Source: a phage
Length of the DNA: 64,000 bases
Sequence record: PZ445440.1
Reading direction: 5' to 3' (one strand)
In this document: positions 10,512 through 18,921 of the stretch, one piece after another
Layout of the letters: the number at the start of each line of letters is the position of its first letter
Position numbering within the stretch: position 1 is the stretch's first letter
Notes under the pieces: model-generated
What the model was told of the DNA's origin: nothing
The model's database searches: none
What the model saw: the letters and a program-made list of their open reading frames with translations, nothing else
Made by a program: the position numbers and the translations under genes

Positions 10512-12767
10512 TTAAAGCTTACAAGCAGAACAATCTTCAGCTTTAGGTGTTTCTAATTCATAGTCATCTGTACCTGACCCATCACGGGTGTTATGATAGT
10601 AGAGGTTTTTTCCGCCAAAGTACCAAAAGTAAAGCAGATCGTCAAGCATTACTGACATTGGCACTTTACCTTTCTCAAATACTGCAGGGTCATAGTAAGT
10701 ATTAGCAGAAGCAGATTGGCACACCCATTTCAACATGATAGCAACTTGGGTCAAATAAGGTTTATTACCTTTCTTAGCAAGTTTCCACGCATAGTCGTAA
10801 AGACTCATGTTATGTTCGATATTAGGAACAACCTGTCGGAAGTTGCCTTCTTTAGATTCTTTAATACTTACTGGACCGCGTGGGGGCTCAATCCCGTTTG
10901 TAGAGTTTGATACTTGACTGCTTGACTCACAAGGCATGAGTGCAGACAACGTTGAGTTACGAATTCCATGTTCTTTGAGTTCAGCTCGAAGTTCTTCCCA
11001 GTCGCAGACGTAGTTCGGGGCTGCGATTTGGTCAATCTTTTTATTGTACCAGTCGATAGGTAATTCGCCTCTAGACCATTTAGTGTCTGAATAATACTCG
11101 CAAGGTCCTTTTTCTTTGGCGAGTTTGATTGAAGCTTTGATAAGGCCATATTGCAATCTCTCAAACAATTCATGAGTCAAATCGTTAGCGTCTTCATATG
11201 AAGCAAAGTTAGAAGCTAACCATGCAGCATAGTTCGTCACACCGACACCGAGATTTCGACGCTTTTTAGCTTTTAAAGCTTCTGGAACCGGATAATCTTG
11301 ATAGTCTAACAGGTTATCAAGTGCACGTACTTGTACTTCAGCAAGTTCATTAATTTTATCTTGGTCTTGCCAATCAAATTTATCTAATACAAAAGCAGAT
11401 AATGTGCATAAACCGATTTCAGCATCAGGACCATTCACATCATTAGTTGGAATAGCGATTTCACAACATAAGTTACTCTGACGAATTGGAGCTTTTTCAC
11501 GAATAAATGGAGTGTAGTTATTCGTGTTATCAACAAACTGTGGATAAATTCGAGCAGTACCAGAACGTTCAGTCATGAACAATTCAAAGAGTTCTAGTGC
11601 TTTGATTCTTTTCTTTCTGATTGTTGGGTCTTTTTCAGCTTTCTCATAAAGCTCACGGAATTTATCTTGATCTTCAAAAAACGAGTAGTATAATTCGCCT
11701 GACATTTCGTGAGGGCTAAATAAAGTAATATAATCATTTTTACCAAGGCGTTCCATCATAAGGTCATTAATTTGAATTCCGTAGTCCATATGTCGAATAC
11801 GGTTTTCATCCACGCCTTTGTTATTTTTCAGAACTAATAGGTTCTCTACTTCTAAGTGCCACATCGGATAATACGCTGTAGCAGCACCACCACGAATACC
11901 ACCTTGAGAACAAGATTTTACTGCAGTTTGGAAATGTTTCCAGAATGGAATAACACCTGTATGTCGAACTTCACCCATACCGATCTTAGAACCTTCTGCA
12001 CGAAGCATGCCAACGTTGATACCGATACCAGCTCGTTTAGAAATATATTCAATAATTGACGCCGAAGTTTTGTTAATAGATTTTAACGAATCACCTGCTT
12101 CAATAACTACACAACTAGAGAACTGGCGAGTTGGAGTACGAGCACCTGCCATAATTGGGGTTGGCAATGAAACTTGATGAGTAGAAACAGCATCATAAAA
12201 ACGAATAATATGTTTCAAACGGTCATGAGTTTCGTCTTGATGTAAGGCCATACCAATAGCCATGATAGCAAACTGGGGAGTTTCATAAATCTTACCAGTT
12301 GTTTTATCTTTAACCAGGTATTTTTCTTTAAGCTGCATAGCACCAGCATAAGTCAGGTCAAAATCTCGCTCATGTTTAATCCGAGAATCAAGATAAATGA
12401 TTTCTTCTGCAGAATATCTAGACAACAACTCAGGATCGTATTTGCCTTCATTAACACAGTAAGAAATATGGTCGATAAAAGCAGGCGGTTCAAACTGCCC
12501 ATATACATCTTTACGAAGTGCAAACATTAATCCTTTAGCAGCAACATATTGATAGTCAGGTTCTTCGACAGAAATCGAGTTAGCTGCAACTTTAATACAA
12601 ATCTTCTGAATATCTTTGGTGCTCATCCCATCGACAAGATGGGTCTTAATTTCTTCGTACAATTCATATGGGTCGATTTGTGTTCCTTCACATTGCCAAG
12701 TTAAGACTTGAATAATTTTCTGTGCATCAAAATTTTGGGATACACCACTGCTCTTAGTTACTTGCAT
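10512..12767 (-). CDS. nrdA: ribonucleotide reductase large subunit (class Ia)
   Basis: 751 aa; ATP-cone N-terminus, catalytic NLCCEI-type motif (SNLCCEIAIP), C-terminal Cys pair. Confidence 0.9.
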   Translation of the reverse strand: MQVTKSSGVSQNFDAQKIIQVLTWQCEGTQIDPYELYEEIKTHLVDGMSTKDIQKICIKVAANSISVEEPDYQYVAAKGLMFALRKDVYGQFEPPAFIDHISYCVNEGKYDPELLSRYSAEEIIYLDSRIKHERDFDLTYAGAMQLKEKYLVKDKTTGKIYETPQFAIMAIGMALHQDETHDRLKHIIRFYDAVSTHQVSLPTPIMAGARTPTRQFSSCVVIEAGDSLKSINKTSASIIEYISKRAGIGINVGMLRAEGSKIGMGEVRHTGVIPFWKHFQTAVKSCSQGGIRGGAATAYYPMWHLEVENLLVLKNNKGVDENRIRHMDYGIQINDLMMERLGKNDYITLFSPHEMSGELYYSFFEDQDKFRELYEKAEKDPTIRKKRIKALELFELFMTERSGTARIYPQFVDNTNNYTPFIREKAPIRQSNLCCEIAIPTNDVNGPDAEIGLCTLSAFVLDKFDWQDQDKINELAEVQVRALDNLLDYQDYPVPEALKAKKRRNLGVGVTNYAAWLASNFASYEDANDLTHELFERLQYGLIKASIKLAKEKGPCEYYSDTKWSRGELPIDWYNKKIDQIAAPNYVCDWEELRAELKEHGIRNSTLSALMPCESSSQVSNSTNGIEPPRGPVSIKESKEGNFRQVVPNIEHNMSLYDYAWKLAKKGNKPYLTQVAIMLKWVCQSASANTYYDPAVFEKGKVPMSVMLDDLLYFWYFGGKNLYYHNTRDGSGTDDYELETPKAEDCSACKL

Positions 12768-12854
12768 ATATTCCTCAGTATAGGTTGATAGACATTACTC
12801 CAAACGGGATAGTATTTATCCCGTTAATTTATTATACACTTTTAAACTGAAGCG

Positions 12855-13109
12855 TTAATTATTCTTAGCAATAATTTCTTTGTATTCTTTAGGAGTCAAG
12901 ACTGTGATATCGAAATAAACCATTGGTTCTTTTTCCATACCGTAACCACCACAAAATTCACGATATTCATAAATTCGTTCATGTGAATAACAAACGAATC
13001 GTTCACCTTTAACTGTGATTTCACTATTTGGTGAAGGGATATCTAGTTCGGTAGGATTTTTCATTTCAAAAATTGTGGTGCCATATGAATTAATAAAACG
13101 TAAAATCAT
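12855..13109 (-). CDS. hypothetical protein (84 aa)
   Basis: ORF track; between nrdA and td. Confidence 0.45.
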   Translation of the reverse strand: MILRFINSYGTTIFEMKNPTELDIPSPNSEITVKGERFVCYSHERIYEYREFCGGYGMEKEPMVYFDITVLTPKEYKEIIAKNN

Positions 13110-13110
13110 T

Positions 13111-13971
13111 TTATACCGCCATTTTAGCTTTGATAACTGGATGTGATTCGTAATTTTTAAGAACGAAATCAGAATGTGTCATTGTTCCGGTAACCCAGTC
13201 CATTTGGATTTTTGTAGGCCAATTCTCAAAATTACTAGGCCAATTAATTTCAAGAGAACATAACTCTTTAGGTTCACGACGAAGAACTTCTTTGCATTGT
13301 TCTACATGATTGCTGTAGATATGCGTGTTGCCGCCCGAGAACACTAAATCACCCGGGATAAGATTACACATCTTCGCTACAATATGCGTCAAGGCAGCGT
13401 ACGAGGCAATGTTGAATGGCAGGCCCAAGAAAACATCTACACTGCGTTGATACCATTGTAAATCAAGATGCCCATTACGCACATTAAATTGATAGAACAT
13501 ATGACAAGGAGGAAGAGCCATTTGGTCAATTTCGGCTGGGTTCCATGCAGAAACTATTTGACGACGATCATTAGGAAGAGCTTTAATACGGTCGATAGTT
13601 TTGACCAATTGGTCTACACCACCAAAATCACGCCATTGCTTACCATAAATAGGACCAAGTTCACCACTATGATATCCAAGGTCTTTTGCCTGATTTTCAT
13701 AGTTGTCGTCCCAAATAGTTTTACCTTGAATAAGACTACCATGAGTACGAATACGCAAATCATTAACATTGGTAGAACCAGACATGAACCACAGTAACTC
13801 GGCAATACAAGCTTTCCATGCTAATTTCTTAGTTGTTACCGCAGGGAATCCTTTAGTCAGATCCCAACGTAATTTAGTTCCGAACAGGGCAATAGTGCCG
13901 GTACCTGTACGGTCGTCTGTTTCATAACCATTTTCTAGGATATCATTAATCAGGTATTGGTATTGTTTCAT
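13111..13971 (-). CDS. td: thymidylate synthase
   Basis: 286 aa; ThyA signature (PCHMFYQF, DVFLGLPFNIASYA); uninterrupted (no intron). Confidence 0.9.
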   Translation of the reverse strand: MKQYQYLINDILENGYETDDRTGTGTIALFGTKLRWDLTKGFPAVTTKKLAWKACIAELLWFMSGSTNVNDLRIRTHGSLIQGKTIWDDNYENQAKDLGYHSGELGPIYGKQWRDFGGVDQLVKTIDRIKALPNDRRQIVSAWNPAEIDQMALPPCHMFYQFNVRNGHLDLQWYQRSVDVFLGLPFNIASYAALTHIVAKMCNLIPGDLVFSGGNTHIYSNHVEQCKEVLRREPKELCSLEINWPSNFENWPTKIQMDWVTGTMTHSDFVLKNYESHPVIKAKMAV

Positions 13972-14555
13972 TTATATACGCTCTCAGTAATTTCGGTGAG
14001 TTCATCGATTCTGTAGTAATGAGATTCTACCATAGAACGTTGAAGCATAATATCCTGGACGAAATCTTTATCAAGTTGAACATCTGAATTAACACGACAT
14101 TTCTTAATGATTTTAGTCATCACAATTTCATCAGCATAAGGCAATGCTTGTTTAAGTAGAGCAGGACCGCCGATAACAGATACATCAACATGTTCAGTAG
14201 AAAGTTTAAACGGTACGTCGGTTGAAGGGCTAAACAAGTTAATTTCACCACCAGTCACCAAGGTAATAAATTCAGATTGGGTGATATAGAACCGTGCAAG
14301 TTCGTTGGTTTTAGTCCTAGGCAGTTTTCTGGCCATATCAGTGACAACCACATGAGTACGATCTGGGAGTAGACGAGGTAATGATGCAAATGTATTAGCA
14401 CCCATAACCATTACAGTGTTTTTAGTGCGAGCAACAAAGTTACTCATATCTTGTTTGATATGCTTCCATGGAAGTCCATCACCTAATCCAAAAGCATATT
14501 CCAGTTTATCATCAACTGTTTTAGATGGTGCGCATGCGAATACTAATTTAAGCAT
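13968..14555 (-). CDS. frd: dihydrofolate reductase
   Basis: Track ORF 13968..14639 trimmed to internal Met (MLKLVFAC...) giving 195 aa, as in T4 Frd (193 aa); DHFR motifs GLGDGLPW. Confidence 0.8.
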   Translation of the reverse strand: MLKLVFACAPSKTVDDKLEYAFGLGDGLPWKHIKQDMSNFVARTKNTVMVMGANTFASLPRLLPDRTHVVVTDMARKLPRTKTNELARFYITQSEFITLVTGGEINLFSPSTDVPFKLSTEHVDVSVIGGPALLKQALPYADEIVMTKIIKKCRVNSDVQLDKDFVQDIMLQRSMVESHYYRIDELTEITESVYK

Positions 14556-14796
14556 TTTTAAGTCCTTTAATAACTTTTTGGATTTGTGATTTAGAAGAAA
14601 CCAAATCAGTCTGGATTTGACAACCATCGGTTGGGTCAAATATTATAACACAAACGCGAGGTTTTGTTGTGTATCGCCCGGACAAATCAAATGCGTCACC
14701 AATGAATTCGGCCAAATCCGGATGGTCTAAATTAACTGAAGTATAAACTTCATATCCGACATCAGCGCCTTGAGAGTATTCAACAACAACATTCAT
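14548..14796 (-). CDS. hypothetical protein (82 aa)
   Basis: ORF track; stop overlaps frd start. Confidence 0.45.
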   Translation of the reverse strand: MNVVVEYSQGADVGYEVYTSVNLDHPDLAEFIGDAFDLSGRYTTKPRVCVIIFDPTDGCQIQTDLVSSKSQIQKVIKGLKNA

Positions 14797-14798
14797 AA

Positions 14799-15062
14799 TT
14801 ATTTCCTCAGATTTTTCTTAACAACTTTCCAATCAGCTTTAAACGATTCAACATCAGAGTGGTGAATCCAGAATCCTGCACTTTCACCATCTTCGTAGAG
14901 TGGACATCCATCACATTCTTCGTTCCAACCCATTTCACGTAAAGCTTCTTCAGCTTGTTCAAGGAGTTCAGCGTCTTTACCAGCGATGTTGAAGTACCAT
15001 TTACCTCTAACTTCAGAATCTTTGATGCTCTGGCGTTGCAATCTCATTTTATTCTCCTTCAC
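14799..15062 (-). CDS. hypothetical protein (87 aa)
   Basis: ORF track. Confidence 0.45.
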   Translation of the reverse strand: MKENKMRLQRQSIKDSEVRGKWYFNIAGKDAELLEQAEEALREMGWNEECDGCPLYEDGESAGFWIHHSDVESFKADWKVVKKNLRK

Positions 15063-15108
15063 TTTTATTTGATAGGGCTACTATAACATAGCCCTATCTT
15101 GTTGTACA

Positions 15109-15501
15109 CTACTTTTTAAAAGTTTTTTGCAAAAGTTTGATGATTTCGTCGACGTTGGTTTCATCTACGATACAATGGATTTTTGTTACACCTAAAGTTA
15201 TACCTTCGTTAGTAGGTTGAGGCTTTACTAAATCTACCTCAGTAAAGTATTTGAACTCGTCAGGATAAATCTCAAAATAAGTTTCAATTTCACCACCGGC
15301 AGAACATACAGTACCATCTTCCATAGTTACACTTACTACGTTTGACGTATCGCTATCATAATCAGGTTCCATTCCGTTTACAACAAAACTGGGCCCGTGG
15401 AGTTCAATCAATTTTAACATCTTAGCGTTATTGTGTGGTGCTTCTTGAACAAAGTCGTCTTTAAATAAAGGGTTAATGATATAAGATTTTCCAATTTCCA
15501 T
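15109..15501 (-). CDS. hypothetical protein (130 aa)
   Basis: ORF track; early promoter upstream. Confidence 0.5.
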   Translation of the reverse strand: MEIGKSYIINPLFKDDFVQEAPHNNAKMLKLIELHGPSFVVNGMEPDYDSDTSNVVSVTMEDGTVCSAGGEIETYFEIYPDEFKYFTEVDLVKPQPTNEGITLGVTKIHCIVDETNVDEIIKLLQKTFKK

Positions 15502-15591
15502 TTTGATTTCCTCATGTTGTTGATAGGTTCTATACTAACACATCTAGGGAAGAAGTAAACAACTTTTTCGACAATTTACAGATACTCAAAA

Positions 15592-15609
15592 GGGAGACCG
15601 AAGTCTCCC
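15592..15609 (-). terminator. stem-loop GGGAGAC-UUCG-GUCUCCC + U-run downstream of gene 32
   Basis: Same 18-nt hairpin as at 582; follows gene 32 stop. Confidence 0.55.
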
Positions 15610-15615
15610 AATTTA

Positions 15616-16518
15616 TTATAGACCAGCTAACAGGTCATCGAGGTCGCCATCATCAGAGGATGAGGTAGAGCTCATGAAGTCATCTTCAGTTTTTGCAGAA
15701 CTAAAGGCTTCCATGTCTTTATCAAAATCGTCAAGGTCAGAAGCAACTTTATCTGCAACAGAAGCTGCTGCGGCTGCTGCACCACCAAGAGCGGCAGTAC
15801 CAAGAACCTTAGCGAAAGATTCATTTAATTTTTCAAAGGATTTGAACTGGTCTTTAGCCGTCAAAGTAGTAAGGTCTACCATCTGGTCATATAGTTCTTT
15901 CTGGAATGCTTCGTCATTAATACGAGGAATTTCAGATTGACCCAAGAATTTAGATTCGTCATAGTTGCTAAAACCGGAAACCTGCTTAGCTTTCAGAACG
16001 AAGTTAGCACCTTCAAATGGGCAAGTAACATCAACTGGAGTTTCACCCATTTCGGTATCAACTGCAATCATTGCATTGATTTTGTCCCAAATCTTTTTAC
16101 CGAAACGATATTTAAATACTTTACCTTCGTTATCTGGAGCTTGAGGGTCTTTAACAACCAGAATATTGGCCCAATAAGAGGTTTTACGTTTCAGTTGAGA
16201 ATATTCAGCTTTGTTGGTATTGTACAGGTCATTTTTACTAATGTACTGACATACAGGACAAGAGTCGTAATCACCATGTGTAGAAGAGCAATTTTCAATA
16301 TACCATTTACCATTTTTCTTGAAACCGTGGTTAACAAGAATTGCAAATGGTAGTGCATCATCAGTTTTTGCTGGCAAGAAACGAATTACCGCTTGACCAT
16401 TACCGGATGCATCTAGCTTCAGCTTCCATTCGCCTTTATCTTCTGAAGAGAAACCTTTGTTACCATTCAGTTTAGCCATTTGAGCAGCGAGGTCAGCAGT
16501 AGATTTACGTTTAAACAT
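15616..16518 (-). CDS. 32: single-stranded DNA-binding protein gp32
   Basis: 300 aa; near-identity to recalled T4 gp32 over the core (zinc-site [14 protein letters not shown]), acidic C-terminal tail. Confidence 0.95.
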   Translation of the reverse strand: MFKRKSTADLAAQMAKLNGNKGFSSEDKGEWKLKLDASGNGQAVIRFLPAKTDDALPFAILVNHGFKKNGKWYIENCSSTHGDYDSCPVCQYISKNDLYNTNKAEYSQLKRKTSYWANILVVKDPQAPDNEGKVFKYRFGKKIWDKINAMIAVDTEMGETPVDVTCPFEGANFVLKAKQVSGFSNYDESKFLGQSEIPRINDEAFQKELYDQMVDLTTLTAKDQFKSFEKLNESFAKVLGTAALGGAAAAAASVADKVASDLDDFDKDMEAFSSAKTEDDFMSSTSSSDDGDLDDLLAGL

Positions 16519-16600
16519 GGATTATTACCTTTTATTTAGATTATTTAATTTATTTACTTACAGTTGGTTGCTACGACACTTATACCTCGTAGCTGGTATG
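16519..16600 (-). promoter_or_regulatory. gene 32 translational operator: AU-rich leader plus upstream pseudoknot
   Basis: Minus-strand leader is almost pure A/U with AAAGG RBS; upstream interleaved helices AUACC/GGUAU and AGCUACGA/UCGUAGC(U) form an H-type pseudoknot like the T4 gene 32 autoregulatory site. Confidence 0.55.
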
Positions 16601-16603
16601 ATT

Positions 16604-16611
16604 TATTTATA
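16604..16611 (-). promoter_or_regulatory. late promoter TATAAATA (minus strand) upstream of gene 32
   Basis: Exact TATAAATA octamer on minus strand about 85 nt upstream of gene 32 start. Confidence 0.45.
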
Positions 16612-16640
16612 AAGTAATTTTAACACACAAGAAATAAAGC

Positions 16641-17294
16641 TTAATACTTACATGATTTGATTGTTTCTATGAACAATTTCTTAGCAGCATTTCCATCGAT
16701 TTGAAGTATTTTTCGATATGCCTTTAATTTGGTAGAATAATTTTGCCAGACTAAATTGTCAGTAAGTTCATCATGCTTATCTATAATATTCAAGAATGAA
16801 TCCAACAACAAGAAGGTTTCAAACGAAATTATATTGCTTTGTAGCAATTTAAATATGTAGCTCGACTGAACTTTATTATTATAATCAAATATCTCTTGAA
16901 GCGCACTAACTTCCACTTTCTTACTGAAATAGTAGATGTTACGCACATCTTCAGCAAACGTCTCCTTGGCTTGTTTGAGACGTCCAATATATTCCCTATA
17001 GAAAACTAATGCATCAGCGTCTGATATCTCACCAATCCATGCATCTTGGTTAGCAACTAAGTTACTGATGAATATCAAAGTGAGTTCCTTTAACTTATAT
17101 TTCTCTGCTAGTTTCTCAAAGAAATATTTATCTCGGCGTTTTTGATACGCATTATCCGAAACACGCATGCACCAGTTATATTTGATTACGTCATACCGAC
17201 CATTAAAATGTTGTTTGCACATCAAGTATAGTTTGTATACCGATTTTCCATTAATATAACGTTCTCCGTCAGGAGGCATGCGTATTTTAATCAT
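16641..17294 (-). CDS. 59: helicase loader gp59
   Basis: 217 aa, same length as T4 gp59 with extensive identity. Confidence 0.9.
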   Translation of the reverse strand: MIKIRMPPDGERYINGKSVYKLYLMCKQHFNGRYDVIKYNWCMRVSDNAYQKRRDKYFFEKLAEKYKLKELTLIFISNLVANQDAWIGEISDADALVFYREYIGRLKQAKETFAEDVRNIYYFSKKVEVSALQEIFDYNNKVQSSYIFKLLQSNIISFETFLLLDSFLNIIDKHDELTDNLVWQNYSTKLKAYRKILQIDGNAAKKLFIETIKSCKY

Positions 17295-17629
17295 AATAAG
17301 AAATCTAACGTATTAGTTTTTTCACCACGAGCAACTGATGGGCGAAGCATGTTTTCGTCAATTGCTTCGCTTGTAATTTTTTCAACAATTCCTGTAGGAA
17401 TAAATTTAGCAAATTGTGTTTCTGGAATAGAATTTTCTTCCAAGAAAGCAGTTGTTGCTTCTAAATAAGACATACCAAATTGTTCAACCATGGATTCGAT
17501 AATGAATCCGTTTTCTTGTCGGTCAAGCAATTTAGCGATATCATCTTTATCATGTTTTACTGCTAATTCTTGTTCAGATAAACCGGCCTCATCAACCGGT
17601 TTAATATCACTTAGTGAAAACTGTGTCAT
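17291..17629 (-). CDS. 33: late transcription co-activator gp33
   Basis: 112 aa, same size and position as T4 gp33. Confidence 0.8.
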   Translation of the reverse strand: MTQFSLSDIKPVDEAGLSEQELAVKHDKDDIAKLLDRQENGFIIESMVEQFGMSYLEATTAFLEENSIPETQFAKFIPTGIVEKITSEAIDENMLRPSVARGEKTNTLDFLL

Positions 17630-17876
17630 AAAGCTCGACTACCTCTTCGTTTTCAGCTTCAAATTGGTCACGAGCGTCTTTATGATAAAGAGCCAACAAA
17701 CGATTAAACATTTTTCCATCTACGCCAAGCTCTTCTTTAGCGCGAGTACGAATGTCTTTAATCAGTTCATTATAACCAGAAATTTTAAGTTTGTTATCGG
17801 AAGCTTCCTTGACTAGTTTAGCCAGTTCTTCACCATGCACATCTTGATTAAATTCAACCGCTTCTTTCTTAGCCAT
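17607..17876 (-). CDS. dsbA: dsDNA-binding protein DsbA
   Basis: Track ORF trimmed to Met7 (MAKKEAV) giving 89 aa as in T4 DsbA; avoids overlap with rnh. Confidence 0.7.
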   Translation of the reverse strand: MAKKEAVEFNQDVHGEELAKLVKEASDNKLKISGYNELIKDIRTRAKEELGVDGKMFNRLLALYHKDARDQFEAENEEVVELYDTVFTK

Positions 17877-17883
17877 GTTTACC

Positions 17884-18801
17884 TCAGAATTCATTAATTA
17901 CACTTGTTAATTTAGAAAGACCCGATTTTACAAAGTATGAATAAATCTTGCCTTTAGGTTGTGGTTTATACGAGTTATAATACTCTATAATGGTTGAAGC
18001 AATATTATCAGGGATATAATCAAAATCAATGAGAACCAAATTTTCTTGATACCGTTTATATTCTTCTGCACTTAATAATACTTCAGCTTGAGAACGGTCA
18101 TTGGCAATTGCTTCAATAATCGTTGTTTTCATGCTCGGAGTTCGTTCACCATCAACTCTGGTAAACCAGAAGTCGCCACGAACTCGAACAGATGCAACAC
18201 CATCTTTACGGTCGCCTTTAAGAATTTTAGTCATGCAATCAATTTCGGCAGAACCATTCTTAATTTTAACCCATTTTTTCTGTGGTGGCGACCACTGTTT
18301 AACGTTAGGGTATTTGTGTAATTGTGTAAAGTCGCCATCTGATGCAACAATACACACCTTATGACCAGCTAATGACAAATATTTAGTTAATACACCGATA
18401 TGGTCATCCGCTTCATATTTGTCAATATCCATTACAACGTATGGCATGTATTTCTTAATCTCATCAACAACTTGATGGAGTGCAGTAAAATATCCTTCCC
18501 AATCCCACTTTGAAGCTTCACGATCGGTTTTACGATTTTTCTTGTAATAGTAAGCAAAGTCACGTCGCCAATAACCTGAAGTAGCATTATCCATACACAA
18601 TACAAATTTTGTATAGCCTTGCCTACGGAACATCACTACGTTTTTACGAATTGAATTCAAGATTACATGGCGAACCATCGGAACAGTAATTTTATCGCCG
18701 TCTTCAAAGTTGTTTAATGCGGCTGCCAATGCAATGTTACTAAAGTCGGCAAGCGCAATACCTTCTTTGTAATCTTCATCCAACATCATTTCTAAATCCA
18801 T
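17884..18801 (-). CDS. rnh: RNase H (5'-3' exonuclease/FEN)
   Basis: 305 aa; near-identical to recalled T4 RNase H N-terminus (MDLEMMLDEDYKEG) and same length. Confidence 0.9.
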   Translation of the reverse strand: MDLEMMLDEDYKEGIALADFSNIALAAALNNFEDGDKITVPMVRHVILNSIRKNVVMFRRQGYTKFVLCMDNATSGYWRRDFAYYYKKNRKTDREASKWDWEGYFTALHQVVDEIKKYMPYVVMDIDKYEADDHIGVLTKYLSLAGHKVCIVASDGDFTQLHKYPNVKQWSPPQKKWVKIKNGSAEIDCMTKILKGDRKDGVASVRVRGDFWFTRVDGERTPSMKTTIIEAIANDRSQAEVLLSAEEYKRYQENLVLIDFDYIPDNIASTIIEYYNSYKPQPKGKIYSYFVKSGLSKLTSVINEF

Positions 18802-18879
18802 ATGAACCTCTTGTTCAGTTAGTCAACTTGGACTATAGTAACATACTAGTTCGAAAGCGTAAATAGTCTTTTACTCATT

Positions 18880-18887
18880 TATAAATA
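18880..18887 (+). promoter_or_regulatory. late promoter TATAAATA upstream of gene 34
   Basis: Exact octamer about 35 nt upstream of gene 34 start codon on plus strand. Confidence 0.6.
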
Positions 18888-18921
18888 GTAAAATAGAACA
18901 CATAATGATAAGAGGACTACC

